NCBI GenBank assembly: GCA_951406725.2
Contig: OX597824.1
Coordinates: 5,766,001 to 5,830,000, forward strand
Direction: 5' to 3'
Length of the DNA stretch: 64,000 nt
Source: Octopus vulgaris
Lineage: Eukaryota
Shown here: piece by piece, positions 53,050 through 64,000 of the stretch
How the letters are laid out: each line of letters opens with the position of its first letter
Numbering within the stretch: position 1 is the stretch's first letter
Made by a program: the position numbers and the translations under genes
Notes under the pieces: generated by a model
Databases searched by the model: none
Told to the model about the DNA's origin: nothing
The model's input: only the letters and a program-made list of their open reading frames with translations

Positions 53050-53362
53050 TTCACCTTTAACAACCCCATCACCGCCGGCAACACCACCACCACCACCATA
53101 TATCTTGGTGATGATGACGATGACGATGACATCAGTATCACCAACGACACCACAGCCACCAACAAGCTTCACAATCATCATTATAGTCATCATTATCACC
53201 ACCATCGTCATTATTGTCGTCGCCACCGCCTCAACCTTCGCCATCATTTGCAACACCTGTATCATCATAAAAATTTCCCTTATGATCCCCGCATCTTTAT
53301 CATGACCCTCCTTGCCACCGACACCATCATCATTACTACCACCACCACCACCACCACCAACA
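53050..53362. repeat. degenerate (CAT)/(CAC)n low-complexity tract
   Basis: Trinucleotide periodicity. Confidence 0.85.
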
Positions 53363-53734
53363 CTAAGAACAACACAGAAACTTACAGTGTGAGAAATAAT
53401 TTGATCAAAGATGCCTGACCTTTTAGTAAAAATATTTACAGTAAAAGAAGCTATTTTTAAGATTGTTATTTCTCAATGCTTTGGCGATCCCTGCATAATT
53501 CATAACTCCAGAAATGTCTAAATGATAATGCCACACACTCATTTCATTCTAATTCCTACATTTAACAATGTTATATCAATTCCATTCTTCGCGGGCTTCA
53601 AAGAATCTTTATTTTCATCTGACAAAATTGGTTATGAAGTGGATGATGTGTTCCCACGCAGTCGTCTATATTTAGCAAAGTCGGGAAACAGGAAGGAACG
53701 GATCAGATTTAAGTGAATCAGACATACAGACCCT

Positions 53735-53777
53735 TTGTGTATGTTTGTGTGTGCTTGTGTATCTGGCACAGAAATAT

Positions 53778-53810
<33 letters not shown>

Positions 53811-53838
53811 CGTGTATATATATATGTGTGTATGTGTG

Positions 53839-53893
<55 letters not shown>

Positions 53894-54092
53894 TATATAT
53901 ATATACGTATGTATATACACGTATATATATATGTATATATATATATATATATGTATATTTATTTGCGTGTGTGTGTGTGTGTGTGTGTATGCATGCTTTT
54001 ATATATATATATATATATATATATACACAAGGAAAGAGATAGATAGATAGATATTCACAGCGAACGTGTATGTGTAAATACGTAAAGATATA

Positions 54093-54154
<62 letters not shown>

Positions 54155-54184
54155 CACACATACACACATATATATATACACGTG

Positions 54185-54221
<37 letters not shown>

Positions 54222-54289
54222 ATTTCTGTGCCAGATACACAAGCACACACACACACACATATATATATGTACATATATATATATATATA

Positions 54290-54337
<48 letters not shown>
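53735..54337. repeat. compound microsatellite containing an inverted duplication of about 140 bp
   Basis: GCTTGTGTATCTGGCACAGAAATA near 53753 recurs as its reverse complement near 54221-54244. Confidence 0.85.
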
Positions 54338-54340
<3 letters not shown>

Positions 54341-54885
54341 ATAATTCACAAATAAACAAAAGACACCGTAGAATTACATTACTCGATTTAGTGTTGTTAT
54401 TCGAACTAGAATTTATATTGTTATTATCTCTATGAGGTAGATTTAATGTCAATAAGGTTAATATGGGTAATTGATTCTTTATGGCCTGCTTTAAGTAAGG
54501 CAGAGTAAATAACATTCGGCTTTATCGTTGAAGATATGAACATTAGCAGATAATCTAGAAAGCATAAGTAATATATTCCTAACTAAATTCCTTGTAATAA
54601 CCTTATAGTGATTACTTCACCTGGAACAATAAGGGAAATAAAACCGAGTGACTATAGGTGGTGCACCAGCATGACCTCAGCCCTGGGCTGTAACCAGTGA
54701 AAGATAAAAAAATATATGATACACACACGCACACGCACACACACAGGGACATATACATACATACATACATACATACATACATACACACTCACACACACAC
54801 ACATATATATATATATACATACATATATTCATATATACATATATACATATATATACTTACATACTTATATATGTTTATATATAAT

Positions 54886-54928
<43 letters not shown>

Positions 54929-54931
54929 CAA

Positions 54932-55260
54932 GTGAAGGTGTATGGCTCAGTGGTTAGAGCGTCGAACTTACGATCGTGAGGTTGTGAGTTCCAATCCTAG
55001 ACTGGGCTGCATGTAGTGTTCTTGAGCAAGACACTTTATTTCACGTTGCTCCAGTTCACTCAGCTGTAGAAATGAGTTGCGACGTCACTGGTGCCAAGCT
55101 GTATCGGCCCCTTTGCCTTTCCCTTGGATAACATCAGTGAAGAGGGGAAGTTGGTATGCATGGGAGACTGCTGGTCCTCCATAAACAACCTTGCTTGGTC
55201 TTCTCCCTGGGAGGCTAACTAGATGCAATCCCATGGTCAGTCATGACCGAAGGGGGTCTC
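54932..55260 (+). mobile_element. tRNA-derived SINE family D
   Basis: TGGCTCAGTGG A box, GAGTTCCAATCC B box and GTGTTCTTGAGCAAGACACTT core. Confidence 0.85.
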
Positions 55261-56078
55261 AGCATATGTATTCTTTCATTCTTCCTATTTATTTTAATCC
55301 TTAATTCTAATCAATATCTATCATAAATCAGTCTATTGTATAATTATGTACGTGTCTTACTACTTCATGCTAAAGTTCCGCTATTATCCTCAGCTTCACG
55401 GTTTTTTTTGAACGAAACGCCTCGAAAACTGTTGGAGAGCAATCGAAAAATATCGTAATCCAAAACAGCCATATCAAAAGAATGCGGAGGAGCCAAAATT
55501 CTATTCTATTCATATTTTAATATGAATAGAATTTTGGCACGGCTTAGTAAAATAGGGGTGAGTGCTTTCGGCTGTTGCAGGAAAACAATGATTAGAAAAT
55601 CAATGAGGATGCAATTAGCGAGCCAGCTGAATTAACGTTTTTAAAAATTTTTTTCATGTGCAGTAGAAGCAGTGTTAGATTAAAATAGGAATCTGTGAAT
55701 CATAGTTAAAGCTAATACAATTCTGAAATCCAAATTAACTGTGGTATTCGGTCGGAGATGATATCACATATTGACGTGATATGTCAGACGGCAAACAAAT
55801 ATATCAGAAGCAGACGAAAACTATCCAGCAGTTAATTTGGCTTTCTAAAATGTATTTCCATTAAGTCTGATACACAGGTTACTATTTCATTCGAACACTG
55901 CTTCAGCTGCACATAACGAAATTTAGGCAACCGGCAGGCAAATGGCATCATCAGTGATTTTTCTGTTACTGTTTTCTTATCTCACTGACGACAGACTTTG
56001 GCTTGAAATCTGAATGCTTGCGGGTAAAAATGTGCATCTATAATTCCCGCTGGATGGTTTGACTATGCTACTGATATA

Positions 56079-56120
<42 letters not shown>

Positions 56121-56299
56121 AGCACATTCATACATGCATACATACATTTATACATAAATATGTACAGGGATATATTCACATAGAGATACTGTCTTACTGC
56201 TGTTATTTCTGAAATTCTCAGATCATCTGTTTCCTTGCTTCTCTCTCTCTCTCTCTCTCATCCAGTCTCACTTTGCATGTGTGTGTGCATGTGTGTATA

Positions 56300-56338
<39 letters not shown>

Positions 56339-57585
56339 CTGTGTGTGTCTGTGTGTATACCCAGTTTTAAATTATTTTGCTCAATTTTTTAAATGTATTT
56401 GGATGTGTTATTTAGCACAGTGCTTTCTTAAGAGATATTACCCCCGGACAAATACTGCAGTTAACTTTGCATTGGGTATCATACAGAAATTGCTATTGCG
56501 AACAGACACAGACTCACATTCACACGTCTACACCTAATGTCCATTATTTGATAATGTCTTGTAGATATTTAATGTTCACAGTAAAAATACTTTGCGTTAT
56601 TTAAGAATGTAGGCCATTTTATATGGCTACTGATGTAAAGTGCCGCCATCGGTTACACATCTCACTAATATATGCAGTCAAGACACCCACATACTGCTAC
56701 ACGTCACAGACACATAAACCTCATGCGATTCCTTCAATACACTCACAAACGCGCACGCACCAATACACACACACACACACACACACACACAGTGTGTGTG
56801 GATGGCTCGAGGACTATTGGCAAAATTATCTAGCAATGTATTGACTTGACTTCAATCGCTAAAATACAGAAATGTAATTCTTATTATCTAAAGTGTGCAA
56901 CGAAAATATTTGTAACAACCACATCGGAAGTCAACACTTATTATTCCGACAACAGAATATAATTACAGGGTGTTTGGTGAATTCCTAGTTAACTTCTAAA
57001 AGAAAAGAAATAAGCAGATAGCTCTTAGAAAGTTCGAATTATCTCGACTTGAGTGAAGACCAAACTTCCTTCTTGTAAAATTATCTATATTTCATTTTTG
57101 CCTATTTTCGCTTATTTTTGCCTTTTATTGAAATTATTTTACCATGAAGAATATTCTATATATTCTTGAAGTTATATGTGCTATATGCTGGAAAAACGTG
57201 GCTTCTCTAACAGCAGTCAATAAATTTTTAATTGATTTCAGGGAAAACAAGAAGTTTGTATAATTAATAAATGTTTCAATAGAAGAGTTTTGAGAAGACT
57301 GCTTGTCACCTTATGTTTAGGTGAATGATAGATGTTTATAATATAAATAAGAAGAAACTGTTTATTTCATACCATCGAAGAAAAGTTCGATTTTCTAATC
57401 GGTTGGCTTCTTTGTACAAATCTGTATCTCTCTCTATGTATTCATCTGTCTGTCTGTCTCTATATGTACACACACACAAACACGTACACACACATACACA
57501 TACACACACGATTACACACGCTCACTCACATAGACACAGGTGAAATATTAATACAAGTACTTATATATGTGCGTGTAATACAAAC

Positions 57586-57880
<295 letters not shown>

Positions 57881-58402
57881 AAGAAGCCTTGTGTAAGTGT
57901 ATGTACGTATATAGCTTTATGTATATGCATATGGCGCTTTGTGTGTGAGAGTATGTAGGTGACATTACGCCGTTCCATTTACGGATTTCTATTGCGAATG
58001 TATTGTTCACACAAACACTATAGTAGAAAAGACTCGCTTAAGGAACGATACCCTATGTTCAAATCTATGATTATGTGATTGTAATTAGAAATATTTAACT
58101 ACAACTTGTTGTCCTGTGAAAAAAAGATTTAGAATAAAGGACAAAAAAAAGTGTGTGACACTCTAATGAAATATTCATGATGTAGTTAAAGCTAAAATCA
58201 TGTGTTATTAAATAATTTTGATATTTCATGTTTTCTCCATAAAAGACCTTTATTTTATATTAATAATAAATTGATCGTATGTTCTTAATAGCTTACATTT
58301 CGAAATTATTTCCAGCCCACTTATATCCGTTATGAATTTAAAGCGTCCATGATTTGATTTTTTTATGGAGGGTGGGATTCATCCACACGCTCTGTCTATC
58401 TT

Positions 58403-58418
58403 TGTGCGTGTATATATG

Positions 58419-58479
<61 letters not shown>

Positions 58480-58538
58480 GTATGTATATATATGTACGTA
58501 TATATATATATATATATGTGTATATATATATATGTACG

Positions 58539-58633
<95 letters not shown>

Positions 58634-58640
58634 GCATGTA
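58403..58640. repeat. (TA)n/(TATG)n array
   Basis: Direct reading. Confidence 0.95.
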
Positions 58641-58984
58641 CATAAGATATAATATAATGACGTTGATGTTAGTTGTATATTTAAAAGATGTTTGATACAA
58701 ATTACATCGGCACAGAAACGGGATAAAATTATTATGGAAGGATGGATCAAAGTGATATTGATGATGTTGAAGCGAAAGTGAACATCTGTGGGAGGAGGTT
58801 TCTGTGAAATAATATTCCCATAAAATCACAAGGTGTGTTTTTATAGTAAATTGTGGAGAAACCTGAATATTAGAATATATAAACACATAATTGTTTCCCC
58901 AATTTATGGATATGGTATAAAAGAAAATATTTTGCGTCGTGTCAATAGGATGCACGATTATCTATCAAAACAACAGCCAAATCT

Positions 58985-59153
58985 CCGTGTGGTAAGAAGT
59001 TTACTTCCCAACCACATGGTTCCGGGTTCAGTCCCACTGCGTGACACCTTGGGCCAGTGTCTTCTACTAGAGCCTCAGGCCGAGGGAAGCGATGTCAGTG
59101 GATTTGTTAGACGGAAACTGAAAGAAGCCTGTCGTATATACATATACATATAC

Positions 59154-59193
<40 letters not shown>

Positions 59194-59339
59194 TTGTGTA
59201 TGTGTATATACATATGTGCATGTGTATATGTTTGTCCTCCCATCATTGCTTGACAACCTATGTTTGCGTGTTTACGTTCCTGTAACTTAGCGGTTCGAGT
59301 CAAATGAGACCGATAGGATAAGTACTAGGCACACAAAGA

Positions 59340-59340
<1 letters not shown>
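58985..59340 (+). mobile_element. SINE B lacking both ends
   Basis: Family B sequence. Confidence 0.85.
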
Positions 59341-59394
<54 letters not shown>

Positions 59395-59398
<4 letters not shown>

Positions 59399-59546
59399 GG
59401 GTTGAGTCGGGGTTAACCACAGTAAATAAGGTACTCAATACATAGCAGAGTAAATTAATTTGTTTATTTTATAGAAGGAGTATGTTTCATTCAAAAGAAA
59501 TCATCAGGAAGCTTCCTGATGATTTCTTTTGAATGAAACAGTAGTC

Positions 59547-59551
<5 letters not shown>
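59395..59551. mobile_element. short Penelope-pLTR-like fold-back element in (TA)n, copy 2
   Basis: Shared leader with 26157. Perfect 58-bp palindrome at 59483-59540. Confidence 0.7.
59510..59551 (+). ncRNA. hammerhead ribozyme-like core, ending at the predicted GUA cleavage triplet
   Basis: AGCTTC-CTGATGA-TTTCTTTTGAAT-GAAA-CAG-TAGTC-CTG-TA. The 3' strand of stem I is missing. Confidence 0.55.
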
Positions 59552-59627
<76 letters not shown>

Positions 59628-60236
59628 CATATATCAGAGTAAACGCATAACTGTAATATATATTGTTGGGAAAATAGTACTCGGATACCGTTAGTTGAAA
59701 CGACCAATGAAATTCAAATGTGTATCTGTCAATGTGAATTGCATTATGATATATTATATGTACAACCAATTTCTTTTTCCATTCTAAATCACAATTGCCC
59801 GTCGAATGTGAACGTGAAACTCTGAGTAGCATTTTTTTTTTGTGTGTGATGTGTCTGAAGCTTTAATAATAACGTATGTATGTACGTAAATATACGATTG
59901 GGTGAACAAAAAGTGAAGCTCAACATATTTCATTGGAGTTATTCAACGACAACTACAATTCAATAACAATTTATCTCAACCCCATATGTGTGTGTGTGTG
60001 TGTCTGTGTGTGCTTGCGCATGGGATGTTTGCATGTGTGGGTATGCATACATGTAGCTATATTTTCTAATTGTAGACTAAAGATTTGCACACAAGCAGTT
60101 GCTGCTTTGTAGCCGGAAATATCTTTTCGAGATGATTGTATATAATTTTCCAATTAAATAAAAATATTAATTGGTATTCATAATGAAGCATATATACTTA
60201 CTATGAGAGAAAATAGCCATTGTAATGAAGGAAAAC

Positions 60237-60281
<45 letters not shown>

Positions 60282-60964
60282 AAGGATAGTAGTGGGGGAA
60301 AGGATAGTCGTGGGGGAAAATAAGAGCGAAAGAGAGAAAGAGAGTGAGTATGTTTGAGAAAGTGGATGTGCATATTTTGAAATAATTGTGATGCGAAAAA
60401 CAGTTACAACTAAGCTGATATTAAATGTTCGTTGCTCATTTGCCGTACGTGTGCATGCATGCAAATGAGAGAAATTTTAATGGTGGAGGTGTATTTTATA
60501 TAAGCGCAAATTAATTATGCAAATTAAAATCGTATATGTGAATAGTTAAAGGATTGAACACTCATTATTTAAACGCATTAACGTGGAAAAACAAGCACAT
60601 GTCTATATTTACGAATAAAATAAATCCTTAATTTGTTTTGTCTCCTTTATATCACTATAACACTCACGTGGTCAGATTTTTTTATAAACCCGTTCCTGTC
60701 TGTGAGCATCTACGACTATTTATGCACGGTTTAACTGATTTTCTATATATTATAATTCTCCCTGAAGGTAAGAAGGGGGTCGGTATCTAATAATGACACA
60801 AAATTTTCATAATTGGAATTTAGATGACAACTAAGAAAATTGTTATTAAAGTATTTTAATTGCTTCGCTATGTTAGTGACGGCATCTTTAAAGTGCATGT
60901 AAGACTGTCATTGAAAATCATAGTTTTCGCTTATTTTCATTTAGACTAAGTTCTATACACAATT

Positions 60965-61570
60965 TTGTGGCACAAGGCCAATAACTTCGAGGGTAAAGTT
61001 AGTTGATTAGAGCGACTGGTACTCAACAGGTACTTATATTATCGACCCCGGAAGAATGAAGGGTGAAGTCGGCCTACATATGAACATATGAACTCAGAAC
61101 GTAAAGGCAGACGAAATACTGCTGGGCATTTCGACTGGTTTCCTAACGATTCTGCCAGATCACGGCCTTAAAGAATTCCAAATATTGGTTTCAAGTTTTG
61201 GCACAAGGCCAGCAATTTCGGGGGAGGGATGAAGTCGATGACATCGACTCCAGCCTGTACCCAGCTGGTACTTATTTTATCGACCTCTAAAGACTGAAAG
61301 GTACGTTGCCTAGTAGTTAGGCTGTCGCACACCCGATCTTGAGATCTTGGTTTCAATTCCCTGACCGGATACACGCTGTGTTCTTGAGCAAAATACTTCA
61401 TTTCACGTTGCTCCAGTCCACTCAGCTTTAAATCGGTAACCCTACCACAGAGGAGCCTTCCCATCAAAGTAATGTTGGAAAGCTCGCCCACCCGCCGGGA
61501 TGTCATCATTCGAAAGCTAAAACGATGTAAAGCGCATTGTGACTAATCATGTATAACAAATCCGAGAGTC
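60965..61570. mobile_element. SINE cluster: two degenerate SINE A (-) and a SINE D-head copy (+, 61296-61570)
   Basis: Family cores are recognisable. Confidence 0.75.
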
Positions 61571-62530
61571 AGTTTTATGACACACACACACATACATTTA
61601 TATATATATACATATATATTACGGGGGTGGATGTAATTCATTAAGTTCTTTCTCAAACATTCTGGCTTTGACTATAATACGTTTTATTGTATTATTTAAG
61701 ATACGCAAACATGCGGAATCTCTCTATGTATGTATTTCGTAACAATATTACAGAAACACACACAAAAAAATACTCTACAAACACACACACACACACACAC
61801 ACAAACGCATATGTATGTATACACACACACACACATTTATACATACATAATTAAATACACGCAGATATACTTAAAGTGAATGCGTATATGCATTATGAAT
61901 TGTGCGTGTATGTCGTTTTGATAAATGATAATGAATGGGAAACAGACATTTCTACAATATCGACTACTTATGTATATTGTTTTTGCTTTTATAAAAATAT
62001 TTTTTTTTATTTGGAATGTTTTGATATTGGACTGAATAAAATGCTAGTTTTCTAAAAATAAATGCTCTTTTACTTTCCGTGTTTACTCTTTCAGAAAGTT
62101 AACAGGAAACTTATATAGCATGAATACAGCAATGAAAAATCAATAAAAACCAATGTAGTCATGAAATGTTTTTACAAAATCAGCTGGAAAGAATAATTCT
62201 ACAGTTTATATGGCGTGCAAAGGCATGTGAGTAGTTTTTTGTTTAATTTCATTTTACAATACCAACAGTGTCGGAGCTATTTCGACAAACATATCTGATT
62301 GCAGGGAAACAATTGTCTTACATTATTGATACATGTTTAAATAAACTGTTGAATACTACAGAAACAGTGTACTGTTTCTTTGTTTTTGACGCCTCAGAAC
62401 ATGTCAGACGTCATTCAAAAAATGACAGCGTATGCTGTATTTTGTGCGGTTTTGTGAAAATTCCGCCATTAAAATGGATGAAAGTTTTACAATATACAGC
62501 ATCTTATTTTCAAGTGGATGGTCTTTCTTT

Positions 62531-62929
62531 TATTCTTTTACTCTTTTACTTGTTTCAGTAATTTGACTATGGCCACGCTGAAGCACCGCCTTTTTTGTCG
62601 AGCAAATCGACCCCAGGACTTATTCTTTGTAAGTCTAGTACTTATTCTATCGGACTCTTTTGCCAAACAGCTAATTTACAGGGACGTAAACACACCGGCA
62701 TCGGTTGTCAAGCGATGTTGAGGGGACAAACACACACATACATATATATATACATATACATATATACCACGGGCTTCTTTCAGTTTCCGTCTACCAAATC
62801 CACTCACAAGGCTTTGGTCAGCCCAAGGCTATAGTAGAAGACACTTGCCCAAGGTGCCACACAGTGGGACTGAACCTGGAACCATGTGGTTGGTAAGCAA
62901 GCTACTTACCACACAGCCACTCCTGCGCC
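62531..62929 (-). mobile_element. SINE B full length
   Basis: Family B sequence. Confidence 0.9.
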
Positions 62930-63533
62930 TATAATAATATTCTTTGGAATACCTTTTGTCACATTTTCAAGACAAAGAAAATTTTTATCGACATTTCGAA
63001 TTTTCATTTTGTGATAGTTTCATATACCGCAATCCAATATAAGGGAACATGTCAAATGAAACCAAAGCAAGCAGATGGAATGAAGGTATTATCGATTAAG
63101 ACGATTTTAAATCGCGACAATGAAGGACGTTGATACCTGAATGAATTCCTTCAAGAAGGGTTAAAAAGAAGTTAAATATGTGATAGAGTAAAATTCTGGC
63201 TGTGTTGCTGCTAAATATACATTTTGATGAAGCTGAGGGTGAATATCGTTCGTTTTCCACGATGCTGATTCAGTTATGTGATCTACTGAATGACCTACTC
63301 ATTTCATAAATGTCTAATGACTGAGTATTCCACAGATAGATGCAAGCGGAATAAACGTGACCCAGCGTGTGGGAAGTGTGTATTATTTTCGATTAAGGTT
63401 TGTTAGAAATCCAACGAGTTTCTGTTCAGTTTTCCTCTACTCATCCACACTCACGAACTGTAAGTCGAACCGAGACCCATATTTAGCGAGTCTAAAAAGC
63501 AGACTTGTTAACCAATAGTCTTTACTGGCCATT

Positions 63534-63534
<1 letters not shown>

Positions 63535-63565
<31 letters not shown>

Positions 63566-63566
63566 C

Positions 63567-63600
<34 letters not shown>

Positions 63601-63627
63601 GTATCTATCTATCTATCTATCTATCTA

Positions 63628-63664
<37 letters not shown>

Positions 63665-63679
63665 ATCTATCTATCTATC

Positions 63680-63753
<74 letters not shown>

Positions 63754-63766
63754 GTATATATGTATA

Positions 63767-63832
<66 letters not shown>
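63535..63832. repeat. compound (TA)/(TG)/(TATC) microsatellite
   Basis: Direct reading. Confidence 0.95.
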
Positions 63833-63834
<2 letters not shown>

Positions 63835-64000
63835 GTATTATGGAGATATACTTGCGTACCAAGTTACCAGTTATCAAGTGACCTGATCTGAGACCGTGTC
63901 ATGATGAAACAAAAACAATTGCAGCGTGGAAGGTGTTTATAAACCGTTTATAAAAAATAAAACACACACACACAAAAATTGTTAGATTCACTTCAACATT

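Noticed and set aside
53003-53305. Pro/Thr-rich ORF
   Set aside because: It is a decayed trinucleotide tract with no domain or splice support.
62094-62226. Plus-strand exon-like segment (TTTCAG..GTGAGT)
   Set aside because: It has stops in all three frames and no other support, though a non-coding exon cannot be excluded.
62950-63370. Possible Penelope RT remnant (LVSFDMFP) on the minus strand
   Set aside because: Only a single degenerate motif is visible.

Overview
AT-rich animal genomic DNA dense in microsatellites and repeats. The SINE families, (TA)n/(CA)n/(AAT)n load and TE spectrum resemble an octopus (coleoid cephalopod) genome; this is an inference from repeat recognition. I can support no intact host protein-coding gene, and nearly all long ORFs in the track are microsatellite translations. 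The window is intergenic or a very large intron. It contains stacked R4/Dong-type REL-endonuclease LINE 3' ends in (AAT)n, an (AAT)n-associated non-coding element, several tRNA-derived SINE families, and fragments of Penelope, piggyBac, Tc1, CR1, RTE and Gypsy elements. It also holds a Merlin-like MITE with telomere-like repeats, a Helitron carrying 1.7 kb of cargo, a full-length decayed hAT element with a tandemly amplified end, and a 2.4 kb (TA)n array. The most interesting signal is a set of short (TA)n-embedded fold-back elements, two of which carry hammerhead-ribozyme cores. All coordinates were read by eye, and ends of degenerate copies are approximate.
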